Assembly: GCA_965116325.1 (NCBI GenBank)
Contig: OZ220675.1
Span: 513,457 to 577,456, forward strand
Reading direction: 5' to 3'
DNA from: Dehalococcoidia bacterium
Lineage (GTDB): Bacteria; Chloroflexota; Dehalococcoidia; Lucifugimonadales; JAGWBF01
DNA: 64,000 nucleotides
In this document: positions 52,450-63,594 of the stretch, one piece after another
Layout: each line of letters starts with the position of its first letter
How positions within the stretch are numbered: the stretch's first letter is position 1
Notes under the pieces: generated by a model
What the model was told of the DNA's origin: nothing
What the model saw: the letters and a program-made list of their open reading frames with translations, nothing else
Databases searched by the model: none
Translations under genes and position numbers: made by a program

Positions 52450-53847
52450 CTACCCTCTGCCCAGGACGTGCTTCAGGGCAGTCTCGATGTCCGGGTGGCG
52501 AAAGGCATAGCCGGAGTCCAGGAGCTTCCGGGGGACCGCCCGCGTGCTCCCAAGAAGGGACTCGTCGGCCATCTTCCCAAGGGCGGCTTTGAGAGCAGTG
52601 CCGGGTACCTTAAGCAGCGTTGGCCTGCCCAACGTCTTTCCCAGGGCCCGGGTAAGCTCTCCGTTGGTAGCGGGCTCGGGGGCTGTGATGTTCACCGGGC
52701 CCTCCAGCTCGTGTGTCATCATGCAGTGTTCTACAGCCCCAAGGGTGTCGTCCAGGGATACCCAGCTAACATACTGGCGACCGCTGCCCACCGGTCCCCC
52801 CACCCCCGCCTTGAAGGGAGGCAGCATGGTCTTGAGCATCCCTCCCATGGGGGTCACCACGGGTCCAAGCCGGAGGTGCACCACCCTGATTCCTGCCGAT
52901 GCGGCCGCTTCGCTGGCCTCCTCCCACTCCCGGGCCAGCTCACCCAGGAAGCCCTCTCCCGCAGGGCTGTCCTCATCCATGACTGCGTCTCCACGCGCCG
53001 AGCCGTATATGCCCACTGCCGAGGCGGACAGGAACACCTTCGGAAGTTGCCTCAGCCGGGAAAGGGTATCTGCAAGCAGGCGGGCAGTACCAACCCTGCT
53101 GTCTCTCATCCGCTGCTTCTTGGCAGGGGTCCATCTTCCCATGATGGTCTCGCCGGACAGGTGCACCAGGGCGTCCAACCCTTCCAGGTCGGCCCCGTCC
53201 AGCACACCCCTCGCGGGATCCCAGGGAATGACCGAGCTATCCCCTACCGGTCCCTGCCTTGCACTGGTGGTCCTGACCAGGCGTTTCACCTGGTGGCCGG
53301 CGGTCGTCAGGTAGTGCGCCAGGTTCGAGCCGATGGTGCCCGATGCTCCGCTTATGGCCACCTTGTACCGGGGCATGGGTGCGTAGCGCCGGTGAGCCTT
53401 CAGGTCCTGGTCCAGGGTGTTGTTCCTGTACCGGAAGGCCTCCTCCATCCTGCGAAGCACCAAGCCTCCAACCATGGCGCGGCCAGCCAAGCCTAGGGGC
53501 AGGGAGTACGCGACCCGGTTGTCCAGGTAACACGCGTCGGGGCCGTCAGGCTCGGCGCTGGTAAGGTGACTCCAGTGAGCAAAGGGGCCCTTTAGCTGCA
53601 CCTCCCGAAACTGGCGGCCTTCCAGGAAGTCCCGGTGCTCTAGCGTCCAGCGCAGGTGGAACATCCCCAGGGGGATAAGGACCGTGGCCTCTCCGCCCGT
53701 CTCGATGCTACCTGTGCGCGTGAGTCCACGGAACGGCTGCCAGGGAGGATTCAGGCGTTCGAAGGCGCCGGGGCGACCCAGCCACTGGAACACCTCTTCT
53801 GCAGATGCATCAAGGCGCGCCCGATTGACGTACTCAAGGATTTTCAT
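52450..53847 (-). CDS. fusion protein: N-terminal SRPBCC (START/cyclase-like) domain plus YfcH-type (TIGR01777-like) NAD-binding epimerase-family domain
   Basis: 465 aa. The N-terminal ~150 aa have no Rossmann motif. The motif ISGASGTIGSNL follows, and the C-terminal block is typical of YfcH/DUF1731 proteins. Confidence 0.75.
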   Translation of the reverse strand: MKILEYVNRARLDASAEEVFQWLGRPGAFERLNPPWQPFRGLTRTGSIETGGEATVLIPLGMFHLRWTLEHRDFLEGRQFREVQLKGPFAHWSHLTSAEPDGPDACYLDNRVAYSLPLGLAGRAMVGGLVLRRMEEAFRYRNNTLDQDLKAHRRYAPMPRYKVAISGASGTIGSNLAHYLTTAGHQVKRLVRTTSARQGPVGDSSVIPWDPARGVLDGADLEGLDALVHLSGETIMGRWTPAKKQRMRDSRVGTARLLADTLSRLRQLPKVFLSASAVGIYGSARGDAVMDEDSPAGEGFLGELAREWEEASEAAASAGIRVVHLRLGPVVTPMGGMLKTMLPPFKAGVGGPVGSGRQYVSWVSLDDTLGAVEHCMMTHELEGPVNITAPEPATNGELTRALGKTLGRPTLLKVPGTALKAALGKMADESLLGSTRAVPRKLLDSGYAFRHPDIETALKHVLGRG

Positions 53848-53942
53848 TATTGGAGCGAATGCCCGCCCTTAAGTAGAATGTATTCACTCTTGCGATGAAT
53901 AGCCCGACCTTAGGATAGACTTTTCGCGAAACCGGTAGCAAG

Positions 53943-54521
53943 ATGAAGGGTCGCCATTGTGCGACAGGTTGGAGTTCCATTCTGTTCATGCGAAGAACGA
54001 GCGAAGACAGCACGCCACCCATAGGCCCTGTCCAGGCCGGGCTTACCGGCGGAGCATTTGCCGGGATCGTAGGTGTGCTAGCCAACCTGCCCCTGGTTTC
54101 GCCCAGCGACTCCTTCTTCAACAGCGCCACGGTCATGGTTGGATCTCTTGCGACGGGACTGGCTGTGGGCATTTGGGGCTGGGTGCTTGGCGATGGCCAT
54201 GTCCGCCGGGCGCCCTTCTGGTCTGGCATAGTATTTGTCATAGGGGTCGCCACGATCATAGCAGTAGTTGGCGAGTCCCAGCTTGAACGCTCGGTATCGT
54301 ACATTGCGCCCCTGGCAGCTATCGTCGTGGGCACGACGGCTGGTATCTTCCTGGTCCTCTCCCAGTCGCCGCGCTCCCTACCTTGGAGGTTGACCCTGGC
54401 ATTGGTGGCCCTTGTGATCGGCTTGGGCATCGGGCTGGCTGGATTTGGGGACCAGGAAAGCGGCCGGCTGGAGCTACCGCCAAGAGCGAGCATACCGCAC
54501 ATAACCGTACCTCATCTGTAG
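53943..54521 (+). CDS. hypothetical polytopic membrane protein
   Basis: 192-aa ORF with 5 hydrophobic helices (for example GAFAGIVGVLANL and SGIVFVIGVATIIAVV). The start is uncertain (53943 or ATG 53988). I recognise no family. Confidence 0.55.
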   Translation: MKGRHCATGWSSILFMRRTSEDSTPPIGPVQAGLTGGAFAGIVGVLANLPLVSPSDSFFNSATVMVGSLATGLAVGIWGWVLGDGHVRRAPFWSGIVFVIGVATIIAVVGESQLERSVSYIAPLAAIVVGTTAGIFLVLSQSPRSLPWRLTLALVALVIGLGIGLAGFGDQESGRLELPPRASIPHITVPHL

Positions 54522-54561
54522 TGGCAAAATCTCCCCGGAGAAGAATAGTTTGAGCAAGATC

Positions 54562-55269
54562 ATGCATATTTCCCGGCTTTCCATCCTGGCGGCGGCTCTC
54601 GCATTCTCGCTTGTGCTGTGGGGCTGCGGAGGTTCAGGGGGTGTAGAGATGCAACCGACCTCCACCATGACTGAACCCCCGACAGCGCCAGCCGCAACTC
54701 CAGTTCCCACCCAGGAACCGCTGGATCCTGGACCAGACGAGGATAATTACGAAGGCGTTACCTACGTTGTTACCGAAGGAACGGAAGCCACCTTCACCGT
54801 CGAGGAGCAGCTGGTGAGGCTGCCCCTTCCCAACGATGCGGTGATGCGCACCACGGAACTCTCTGGGGAGATCCACCTGGACGGCAGGCCTTCGGTGGTC
54901 AGCATCGACCTGCAGACCCTGGAAAGCGACCAGCCATTCAGGGACCGCTACGTACGGACCAGGATGTTTGGGGAGCATCCCACGGGGACCTTCACGGTGC
55001 CGGATATCGGACCCGTCCCCGATGGTCTGGCCGGCGGCGATGAGGTGATGACCCAGGTGTCCGGCTCCCTTGAAATGCGTGGGGAAACCTTCCCCCTGGA
55101 GTTTGAGATCGAAGCCAGAGATGATGGCGAGGTGCTGTACGTCCTGGGCCGCACCACCTTCACTTGGGACCAGCTGAACATTCCCCGACCCACAGCCCCC
55201 TCCGTCGCCAGCGTCGAAGATGAGGTGCGGGTGGAGATACTCCTGGCCCTCGTTCCCGACGAGGGCTGA
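54562..55269 (+). CDS. YceI-like domain lipoprotein
   Basis: ATG 54562 gives MHISRLSILAAALAFSLVLWGC (lipobox), followed by a PT linker. The YceI-like pattern is ATFTVEEQL...GEIHLD...SIDLQTLESD...RD.... Confidence 0.75.
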   Translation: MHISRLSILAAALAFSLVLWGCGGSGGVEMQPTSTMTEPPTAPAATPVPTQEPLDPGPDEDNYEGVTYVVTEGTEATFTVEEQLVRLPLPNDAVMRTTELSGEIHLDGRPSVVSIDLQTLESDQPFRDRYVRTRMFGEHPTGTFTVPDIGPVPDGLAGGDEVMTQVSGSLEMRGETFPLEFEIEARDDGEVLYVLGRTTFTWDQLNIPRPTAPSVASVEDEVRVEILLALVPDEG

Positions 55270-55308
55270 CCCCACATCTTGGGGCACTCGGAGGACCGGT
55301 GGCAATGC

Positions 55309-55863
55309 TTAGTTCGATCGATCCCGGCTGAATCTCCGGCGCCACAGAAACTGGGCCCCTCTGATGCTAGCAAGCATCAGGAGTACGGCAGCTTCCACCA
55401 GGAGCCGGGCCAGCCCTAACGCTGCCTCAGCTAGAAGGAAATAGATGTTCCAGCGGCCCCATCGGTATGCGGTAAACCGCTCCCGATAGATGGCACGCAC
55501 CTGGCGGGACGCCCTAGTGCGCTGTGTCTCATCACTGAAGCGGGACTGGTGAATAGGGGACGACGGAATGCTGCCGTCGGGCGGTAGAAGCCTCCAGTAA
55601 CGGCTTCGAAACTCTTCGTCGGACTGAATCCCTTTGCGCATGTTGCACTGGGTGCATAGAAGCTGAAGGTTTCCGATATCGTCCCCACCACCCCCGGAAG
55701 CCGGATACATGTGATCAATCTCCAGGTACTTCATACGATGGGTGTACCCACAATAGAAACACTTTCCCTTCTGGGCCATAAAGAGCTTGTTCTTCACGCT
55801 CCAGGGAATGACGGGCCTGCCCGAATCTTCGTGGTATTTCTGGAGCTCTTCTTCCTGCGCCAT
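55309..55863 (-). CDS. HNH endonuclease domain protein with a C-terminal hydrophobic/amphipathic helix
   Basis: 184 aa. The HNH core is KCFYCGYTHRMKYLEIDHMYPASGGGGDDIGNLQLLCTQCNMRKG. The C-terminal sequence is IYFLLAEAALGLARLLVEAAVLLMLASI. Confidence 0.8.
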   Translation of the reverse strand: MAQEEELQKYHEDSGRPVIPWSVKNKLFMAQKGKCFYCGYTHRMKYLEIDHMYPASGGGGDDIGNLQLLCTQCNMRKGIQSDEEFRSRYWRLLPPDGSIPSSPIHQSRFSDETQRTRASRQVRAIYRERFTAYRWGRWNIYFLLAEAALGLARLLVEAAVLLMLASIRGAQFLWRRRFSRDRSN

Positions 55864-56087
55864 CCCGATTCTCGGACATAGGGCTTACTACTGAATTGTT
55901 GGGCTGTCCTCCCAACCTAGTGGTTCACCTATGCTTTAGGAAGATTATATTGCTGATGGCTTGGCCTCCTCCAGCCCGGTGGGCAGAGAGCGGAAGGGCG
56001 TTTGATTAGTTCGGGCGGGCCATGCTACCATCGCCCAGAGCAGGCAGCGCCTTCCTCAGGTTGACTTGCGAAAGACAGGAGCCCGAC

Positions 56088-56300
56088 ATGCAGCTCCCCA
56101 TCGTATATACGCTCATCAATTGAGAAGCCAGCGACAAGCTGCGCCAGTCGTGGATTGGGCAGGGAATGGCATTCGAGGAACGCAGGGTGGACCAGAGCCA
56201 GGAATGGCTGGATGAGCTGCTCAACTACTCGGATGCATCGCCAACCGTAATCTACCCCGACGGACGGGTTGAGATCGGCTTCGAGGGTCACGTCGGGTGA
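56088..56300 (+). CDS. glutaredoxin/NrdH-like small redox protein with an in-frame TGA (56121-56123) at the catalytic-Cys position: candidate selenoprotein, alternatively a pseudogene
   Basis: It is not in the ORF track because the TGA splits the frame. AGGAG (56077-56081) lies 6 nt upstream of ATG 56088. The translation is MQLPIVYTLIN-U/stop-EASDKLRQSWIGQGMAFEERRVDQSQEWLDELLNYSDASPTVIYPDGRVEIGFEGHVG. The third-position G/C bias is maintained on both sides of the TGA. Confidence 0.5.
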
Positions 56301-56373
56301 GCGCTGGCCTAGGTCGGCGGTGCCGGCCCCAGGACGAGACCAACCCTCAAGTTCCACCACAGAAGGAGGAAAC

Positions 56374-56967
56374 ATGACCAGCGAGACCAGCGTGGTAACA
56401 CCCGAAAGGTTCGCCCAAGGTTTCACCTATCCTAACTACATCGCCCAGATCAACATCAACAAGAACTGGTTTGAGAAGTTGTACGACTCCTTTCAAGTGG
56501 AGTCCGACGATGCCGAGTTTTTCCGAATGGCGGTCAGCCTTCCCAACGGCCCGGCCAAGATGATGGTCGTCGGCGAAGACTGGTGCCCCGATGTTTACCG
56601 CGGAATGCCCGTCATGGCCCGTATAGCAGAGGCTGCCGGGATGGAGATGCGGGTGTTCCCCCGGGACGCCAACATGGACATCATGAACGAGTTCTTGAAG
56701 GAGGGGAAGTGGGCTTCGATCCCCGCGGTCGTTTTCTACTCGGCCGACCACGAGTACCTGTGCCACTGGATAGAGCGGCCGTCCCTGGCCGAGAAAGAGA
56801 TGGAGTCCATTTCCGCCCAGGTCAAGAGCGAGATGCCCAACGCATCGGAGCAGGAGATACGGGCGGCGGCCAGGCCCCGTAACCAGGAGCGTTTCCCCGC
56901 TTGGCAGCAGGAGTCGGTTAAGGAGATACGCCGGCTGCTGGCGGAATCTCTAAACATCCAGGGCTGA
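56374..56967 (+). CDS. thioredoxin-fold protein (Thioredoxin_9-like) with a single-Cys WCPDV motif
   Basis: ATG 56374 follows GAAGGAGGA. The block MMVVGEDWCPDVYRGMPVMARIAE resembles thioredoxin-family proteins, but the second active-site Cys is Val. Confidence 0.75.
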   Translation: MTSETSVVTPERFAQGFTYPNYIAQININKNWFEKLYDSFQVESDDAEFFRMAVSLPNGPAKMMVVGEDWCPDVYRGMPVMARIAEAAGMEMRVFPRDANMDIMNEFLKEGKWASIPAVVFYSADHEYLCHWIERPSLAEKEMESISAQVKSEMPNASEQEIRAAARPRNQERFPAWQQESVKEIRRLLAESLNIQG

Positions 56968-56990
56968 ATCGGGCGGCCTGGGACCCTTCC

Positions 56991-59093
56991 TTAAGAAGGC
57001 CCGCCGCTGGAGTACTCGTTTACCGAGATGTTCCCACCCTCCCAGATGGACAGGTGGTACGGAGCTTCCTGCAGGGTGTCAGGTGACAGGGCAGCCACGA
57101 TCACGTATACCTTCTCAAGGCCACGGCTTGCCGGAACTATGACCTGACCCTCATTGTCGGAATTGAGCCTCAGCTCGCGCACAACGATGAAACTCCCTGC
57201 CTCGACAACCTGCACGATGTATTCTTGAGGGGCCCGGTTGTCTATCCTGCGGAAACCCCGGGGCACCCATGTACCATCGAAGCTGGCATCGGGGCCGATA
57301 CCGATCTCCGGCACGGCGATGTGGTCCAGGCAGATGCCCGTCTCATGCAGGGCATCGTCGGTGACATAGTGGAAACGGACCATCACCTCTTCGCCCACGT
57401 ATCCCGCTAAGCTGGCTTCAAACACCTGCCATCCATCGCTGGAGCCTGTATAGCCCGGCCCGAAGCTGACACCCAGAGAGTTCTCGTCGGAGGTGCCCTC
57501 AGCTTCCAGGATGTCCCACGTGGACCCGCCGTCCACCGACACCTCCACGTAGGTATAGTCCCATCCCTCCTCGATCTCGTACCACAAGCGGTAACTGAGA
57601 GTCGCATCTTCCACTTCCGTCAGGTCCAGCTCCCTGGTGAGGGTGGTGCTTATGGAATCTCCGCGGTTTCCCCACCAACAGTGGCCCTCAACCAAGTCAA
57701 CGGGGATGACCGGGGTGTGGGACTGGCCCTGGAACTGGATGATCACTCCTTCGTCCACATCTTCTATAGAGTAGTACCGGGCGGAGTACTGGGGGATGGA
57801 AGAGCTAACTCTGTCGCTGGAGCCCAGCTCTTCGATGTCTCGGACCCTTAGTTCAGCATCGGGATAGCTGTAGGGTCCGTCACCCGGTTCATCCAGAAGG
57901 TTTGCAACGGTCCAGTCCTTGAACACATCCCTGAAGGTGCGCCCTGCACCTATTTCACTCAGATAGGAATCGACTCCTGCGACCCCGTCAAGGGAATTCT
58001 GCACAAGCCGGAGGGGTGAGCCAAACCGGTCGTACAGGTAGCGGAAGAACAGATAGTCCCCTCCATAGTGGGCCGGCCCGGGATTGGAGGGCCAGTTGAC
58101 CAGGGAGGTGGTGGGGTCCACCAAGAATGAGCGCACGCTGGCCGGTTCGTAGCCGGCCTTATGGGACGCCAGCTCCGAGAGTCCCTCTCCTACCCATGCC
58201 TCCTCAGTTGGGTCCGCGTTCCAATGAACGAGGTGCTGAAGCTCGTGGGCCAAGACCGAAAGGTACATGGATGTCCCAAAGAACCTTTCGTTGGCATCCA
58301 TATAGATCATCTCTCTCTCGTTGCTGAACGGGAAGGCTGAAGCCGGGTGCTCATCCATGGAGCTGAAGTATCCCGCCAAGCCCGTCAACCTGACGTGCAG
58401 GATGGTGGTCCTGGGGTCGCCGTCTATGCCGGGGGACCATTCAGAGCCGAAATCGGACGTCACCCGGGGATATATCTCTCCTTCGAACAATGTTGCGGTC
58501 CTTACAACGTCTTCGTCGGAGACGCCGACACCATCTTCCACATACCAGTAGGCGTGAGGGCTGACAGCTCTTAGAACTGCGGGGACAGACTGCAAGCGCA
58601 TGTTCGGCAGGTCGAGAGCAAAGAACTCTTCTGTGTCTCCCGTAGCCTTGGGCATAGCGAACTCTGAAACAACGCGAGGTATGGGCTCATGTTGTTTGAG
58701 TATGAGAGAGCGGGCCAGCTCCAGGGGGTCCCGGTCGGGCGGGTCCATGCCCTGCGCCTTCTCGTCAAGGTCCGGCTCCTCGCCGGGCATGGGCGCCGTT
58801 GGCTCAGCAGAGCTGTCCGGCGGATGGCTGGGGCCGCTGGCAGAGCCGGTAGGCGTATTGGCCGTGTCCCTATCTTCGGGTATCTCGACCGTCGGTTCGA
58901 GGACCGGCGTGGATGTTTCAGTGACAGGGTCCTCTGCGGGTGCGGTCTCGACGGCAGCAAGGCTGGGAGGGGGAGTTACCCGGGTTCCAGCGGGGTCGTT
59001 TCCCACGCCGTGCCTGCAAGCAATGATGGCAACCAGGACAGTCGCCAGCACAACAAGGCAGGCGGCTTTCCTGACCAACCTGTTACTGCTCAT
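56991..59093 (-). CDS. secreted zinc metalloprotease lipoprotein (HExxH; immune-inhibitor-A/M6-like or related)
   Basis: 700 aa. It has a signal plus lipobox (VLVAIIAC), a PT/acidic linker, the zinc motif LAHELQHLVHW...EGLSE, and the C-terminal block WDYTYVEVSVDGGSTWDILE seen in M6-type enzymes. Confidence 0.75.
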   Translation of the reverse strand: MSSNRLVRKAACLVVLATVLVAIIACRHGVGNDPAGTRVTPPPSLAAVETAPAEDPVTETSTPVLEPTVEIPEDRDTANTPTGSASGPSHPPDSSAEPTAPMPGEEPDLDEKAQGMDPPDRDPLELARSLILKQHEPIPRVVSEFAMPKATGDTEEFFALDLPNMRLQSVPAVLRAVSPHAYWYVEDGVGVSDEDVVRTATLFEGEIYPRVTSDFGSEWSPGIDGDPRTTILHVRLTGLAGYFSSMDEHPASAFPFSNEREMIYMDANERFFGTSMYLSVLAHELQHLVHWNADPTEEAWVGEGLSELASHKAGYEPASVRSFLVDPTTSLVNWPSNPGPAHYGGDYLFFRYLYDRFGSPLRLVQNSLDGVAGVDSYLSEIGAGRTFRDVFKDWTVANLLDEPGDGPYSYPDAELRVRDIEELGSSDRVSSSIPQYSARYYSIEDVDEGVIIQFQGQSHTPVIPVDLVEGHCWWGNRGDSISTTLTRELDLTEVEDATLSYRLWYEIEEGWDYTYVEVSVDGGSTWDILEAEGTSDENSLGVSFGPGYTGSSDGWQVFEASLAGYVGEEVMVRFHYVTDDALHETGICLDHIAVPEIGIGPDASFDGTWVPRGFRRIDNRAPQEYIVQVVEAGSFIVVRELRLNSDNEGQVIVPASRGLEKVYVIVAALSPDTLQEAPYHLSIWEGGNISVNEYSSGGPS

Positions 59094-59655
59094 CTGCCCT
59101 GTTGAACAGGTTCATGGTGGCTTCTATGTCGTTCTCGAGCAGATGCACAAGGGCATCTGCAGCCCTGTCGCTGGCAGCCTCGATCAGGGGTTTCTCATCA
59201 GCCGAGAAGGCGCCCAAGACATGGGCCACTTCGCCGGCGTTGTGCGAGGGTCTTCCGATACCGATGCGGACCCGGGGGACATCGGTGGTGTGCAGAACTT
59301 GAATAATGGATGTCATCCCGTTGTGACCGGCGTCGCTGCCCCCGCGCCTCACCCGGATCCGCCCCGCCGGCAGCGCCATCTCGTCATATACCACAACCAG
59401 GTCCCGGTGACCGCCGCCGAATCGCGCAAGCAGGTACTGCACCGCATCTCCGCTGTGGTTCATGAAGGTGCGAGGCTTGGCCAGCACCACCTTGTGCTCC
59501 CCATGGCTCCCCTGGCCCAGCACTGCCTTGGCGCGGCGGTCCGACACAGGGATCTCCAGCCGTTTCGCCAGCAGATCAATGCAGCGGAAGCCGACGTTAT
59601 GCCTGCTGCCAGCGTACTTGCGCCCCGGATTTCCCAGCCCGACGATAATCTTCAC
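59083..59655 (-). CDS. pth: peptidyl-tRNA hydrolase
   Basis: 190 aa. It has MKIIVGLGNPGRKYAGSRHNVGF and the blocks VVYDEMALPAGRIRVR.GGS.GHNG. Confidence 0.93.
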   Translation of the reverse strand: MKIIVGLGNPGRKYAGSRHNVGFRCIDLLAKRLEIPVSDRRAKAVLGQGSHGEHKVVLAKPRTFMNHSGDAVQYLLARFGGGHRDLVVVYDEMALPAGRIRVRRGGSDAGHNGMTSIIQVLHTTDVPRVRIGIGRPSHNAGEVAHVLGAFSADEKPLIEAASDRAADALVHLLENDIEATMNLFNRADEQ

Positions 59656-59714
59656 GGCTTACCGGCCACCTGGGTGGGGAAGCAGGGCGCGCAGGCGATG
59701 GCGCCGGGCAGGGT

Positions 59715-62444
<2,730 letters not shown>

Positions 62445-62472
62445 CAACCCGCCCTGGGAGGATGTGTAAGGA

Positions 62473-63171
62473 TTGAGCTCCGTCCAGGATACCCGCAGGT
62501 TGCTGCTGGAAGGGGAGATCAGCGACGCCAGCCTCACCCTCTGGGGCTCCAACTACACCTTCCTCGTCAATGTTAACGACGGCGCCGAAGGCTGCCAGGC
62601 TGTTTACAAGCCAAGGGACGGCGAAGCGCCCCTCTGGGACTTCCCCGGCGGCACCCTGTACAAACGGGAGTACGGCGCCTACCTCTTGAGCCAGATTCTC
62701 GGCTGGGACCTGGTGCCCTTAACCGTGGTAAGGGACGGCCCTTACGGCGTAGGCTCCTTGCAGTTCTTTGTGGAACATGACCCCCAGATCCACTACTACT
62801 CCCTGCGGGACGACCACAGCGAAGAGTTGAAAAAGATCGCCTGCTTCGACCTTGTCAGCAACAACGCCGACCGCAAGGGCATCCACTGCATCCAGGGGAA
62901 CGACGGCCACATCTGGGGTATCGACCACGGGCTGACCTTTCACGCCCAACTCAAGGTACGGACGGTGATCTGGGACTTTGCCGGAGAACCGATACCCCGG
63001 GAGTTCCTGGCCGACCTGGAGTCCTTCGCCGCCACACTGGAGGAACCTGAGGGCACTGCCAAGGAGCTTATGGGGCTGCTGCATCCCACCGAGGCCGACG
63101 CCCTGAAGCAGCGCGTCCAGTGGATAACCGAGATCAAGGAGTTTCCGGGCACCACCCGCCGCCGGGCATAA
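62473..63171 (+). CDS. SCO1664-family protein (PI3/PI4-kinase-like fold)
   Basis: 232 aa. Blocks VYKPRDGEAPLWDFPGGTLYKREYGAYLLSQILGW..VP.TVVRDGPYGVGSLQ are present, with kinase-like NNADRKGIH and GIDHGLTFH. The TTG start is uncertain. Confidence 0.75.
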   Translation: MSSVQDTRRLLLEGEISDASLTLWGSNYTFLVNVNDGAEGCQAVYKPRDGEAPLWDFPGGTLYKREYGAYLLSQILGWDLVPLTVVRDGPYGVGSLQFFVEHDPQIHYYSLRDDHSEELKKIACFDLVSNNADRKGIHCIQGNDGHIWGIDHGLTFHAQLKVRTVIWDFAGEPIPREFLADLESFAATLEEPEGTAKELMGLLHPTEADALKQRVQWITEIKEFPGTTRRRA

Positions 63172-63178
63172 CCGAAGT

Positions 63179-63589
63179 CTAGGTCCGGAAACCGTGGTTT
63201 GCCTGGTAGGCCTCCACGTCAGATTGGAGCCTGCGCCTGAACTCTACCGAGTTCGTGGGCTGGATCATCAATCTACCCGATGTCTTCAGCCGGATGATCA
63301 GGCGGTTCCCCAATGGAAGAGGCAGGGCATCGACCCACTCGATGTGGTCGAAGAGCACGTGCCGGGTCCTCGGTCGGCCGTAGAAGATCACCATCCTGTC
63401 TTCAAAGATAGAGTAGTACTTGGGGGTGGTGAAATATGCTAGGAGGGCAAAGGCCAGACCCACGAGGATTAGAGGGTAGGCCTGGAACATAACTCCCAGG
63501 ATCATGGAGAGGAAAGCGACGATGTATCGCAGGTTGGCCGAACCTGCATGCCTCTCGAACCACCGTTCCTTAGGCTGAATCGATTCCAA
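63179..63589 (-). CDS. membrane protein with two TM helices and a bacterial PH-like (DUF304/bPH_2-type) domain
   Basis: 136 aa. Two TM helices are followed by YYSIFEDRMVIFYGRPRTRHVLFDHIEWV...GNRLIIRLKTSGRLMIQP. It is a paralogue of the next gene. Confidence 0.65.
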   Translation of the reverse strand: MESIQPKERWFERHAGSANLRYIVAFLSMILGVMFQAYPLILVGLAFALLAYFTTPKYYSIFEDRMVIFYGRPRTRHVLFDHIEWVDALPLPLGNRLIIRLKTSGRLMIQPTNSVEFRRRLQSDVEAYQANHGFRT

Positions 63590-63594
63590 GGCCC

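Noticed and set aside
50810-53496. Long plus-strand ORFs (50810-51787, 52447-53496, 52544-53314) opposite thrS and the SRPBCC-YfcH gene.
   Set aside because: The minus-strand genes carry class II aaRS and Rossmann motifs. The plus-strand translations have no motifs and are dominated by G, P, R, H and L.
55309-55863. The HNH gene as a homing endonuclease or mobile element.
   Set aside because: There are no flanking inverted or direct repeats, no intron or intein host gene, no transposase or integrase nearby, and no compositional break.
56006-56426. Minus-strand ORFs of 72 and 133 aa (56006-56224 and 56025-56426) in the HNH/Trx-like intergenic region.
   Set aside because: They have no RBS and no recognisable fold. 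The plus strand gives a coherent glutaredoxin-like translation with an SD, and its only defect is one TGA. I therefore prefer the plus-strand interpretation.
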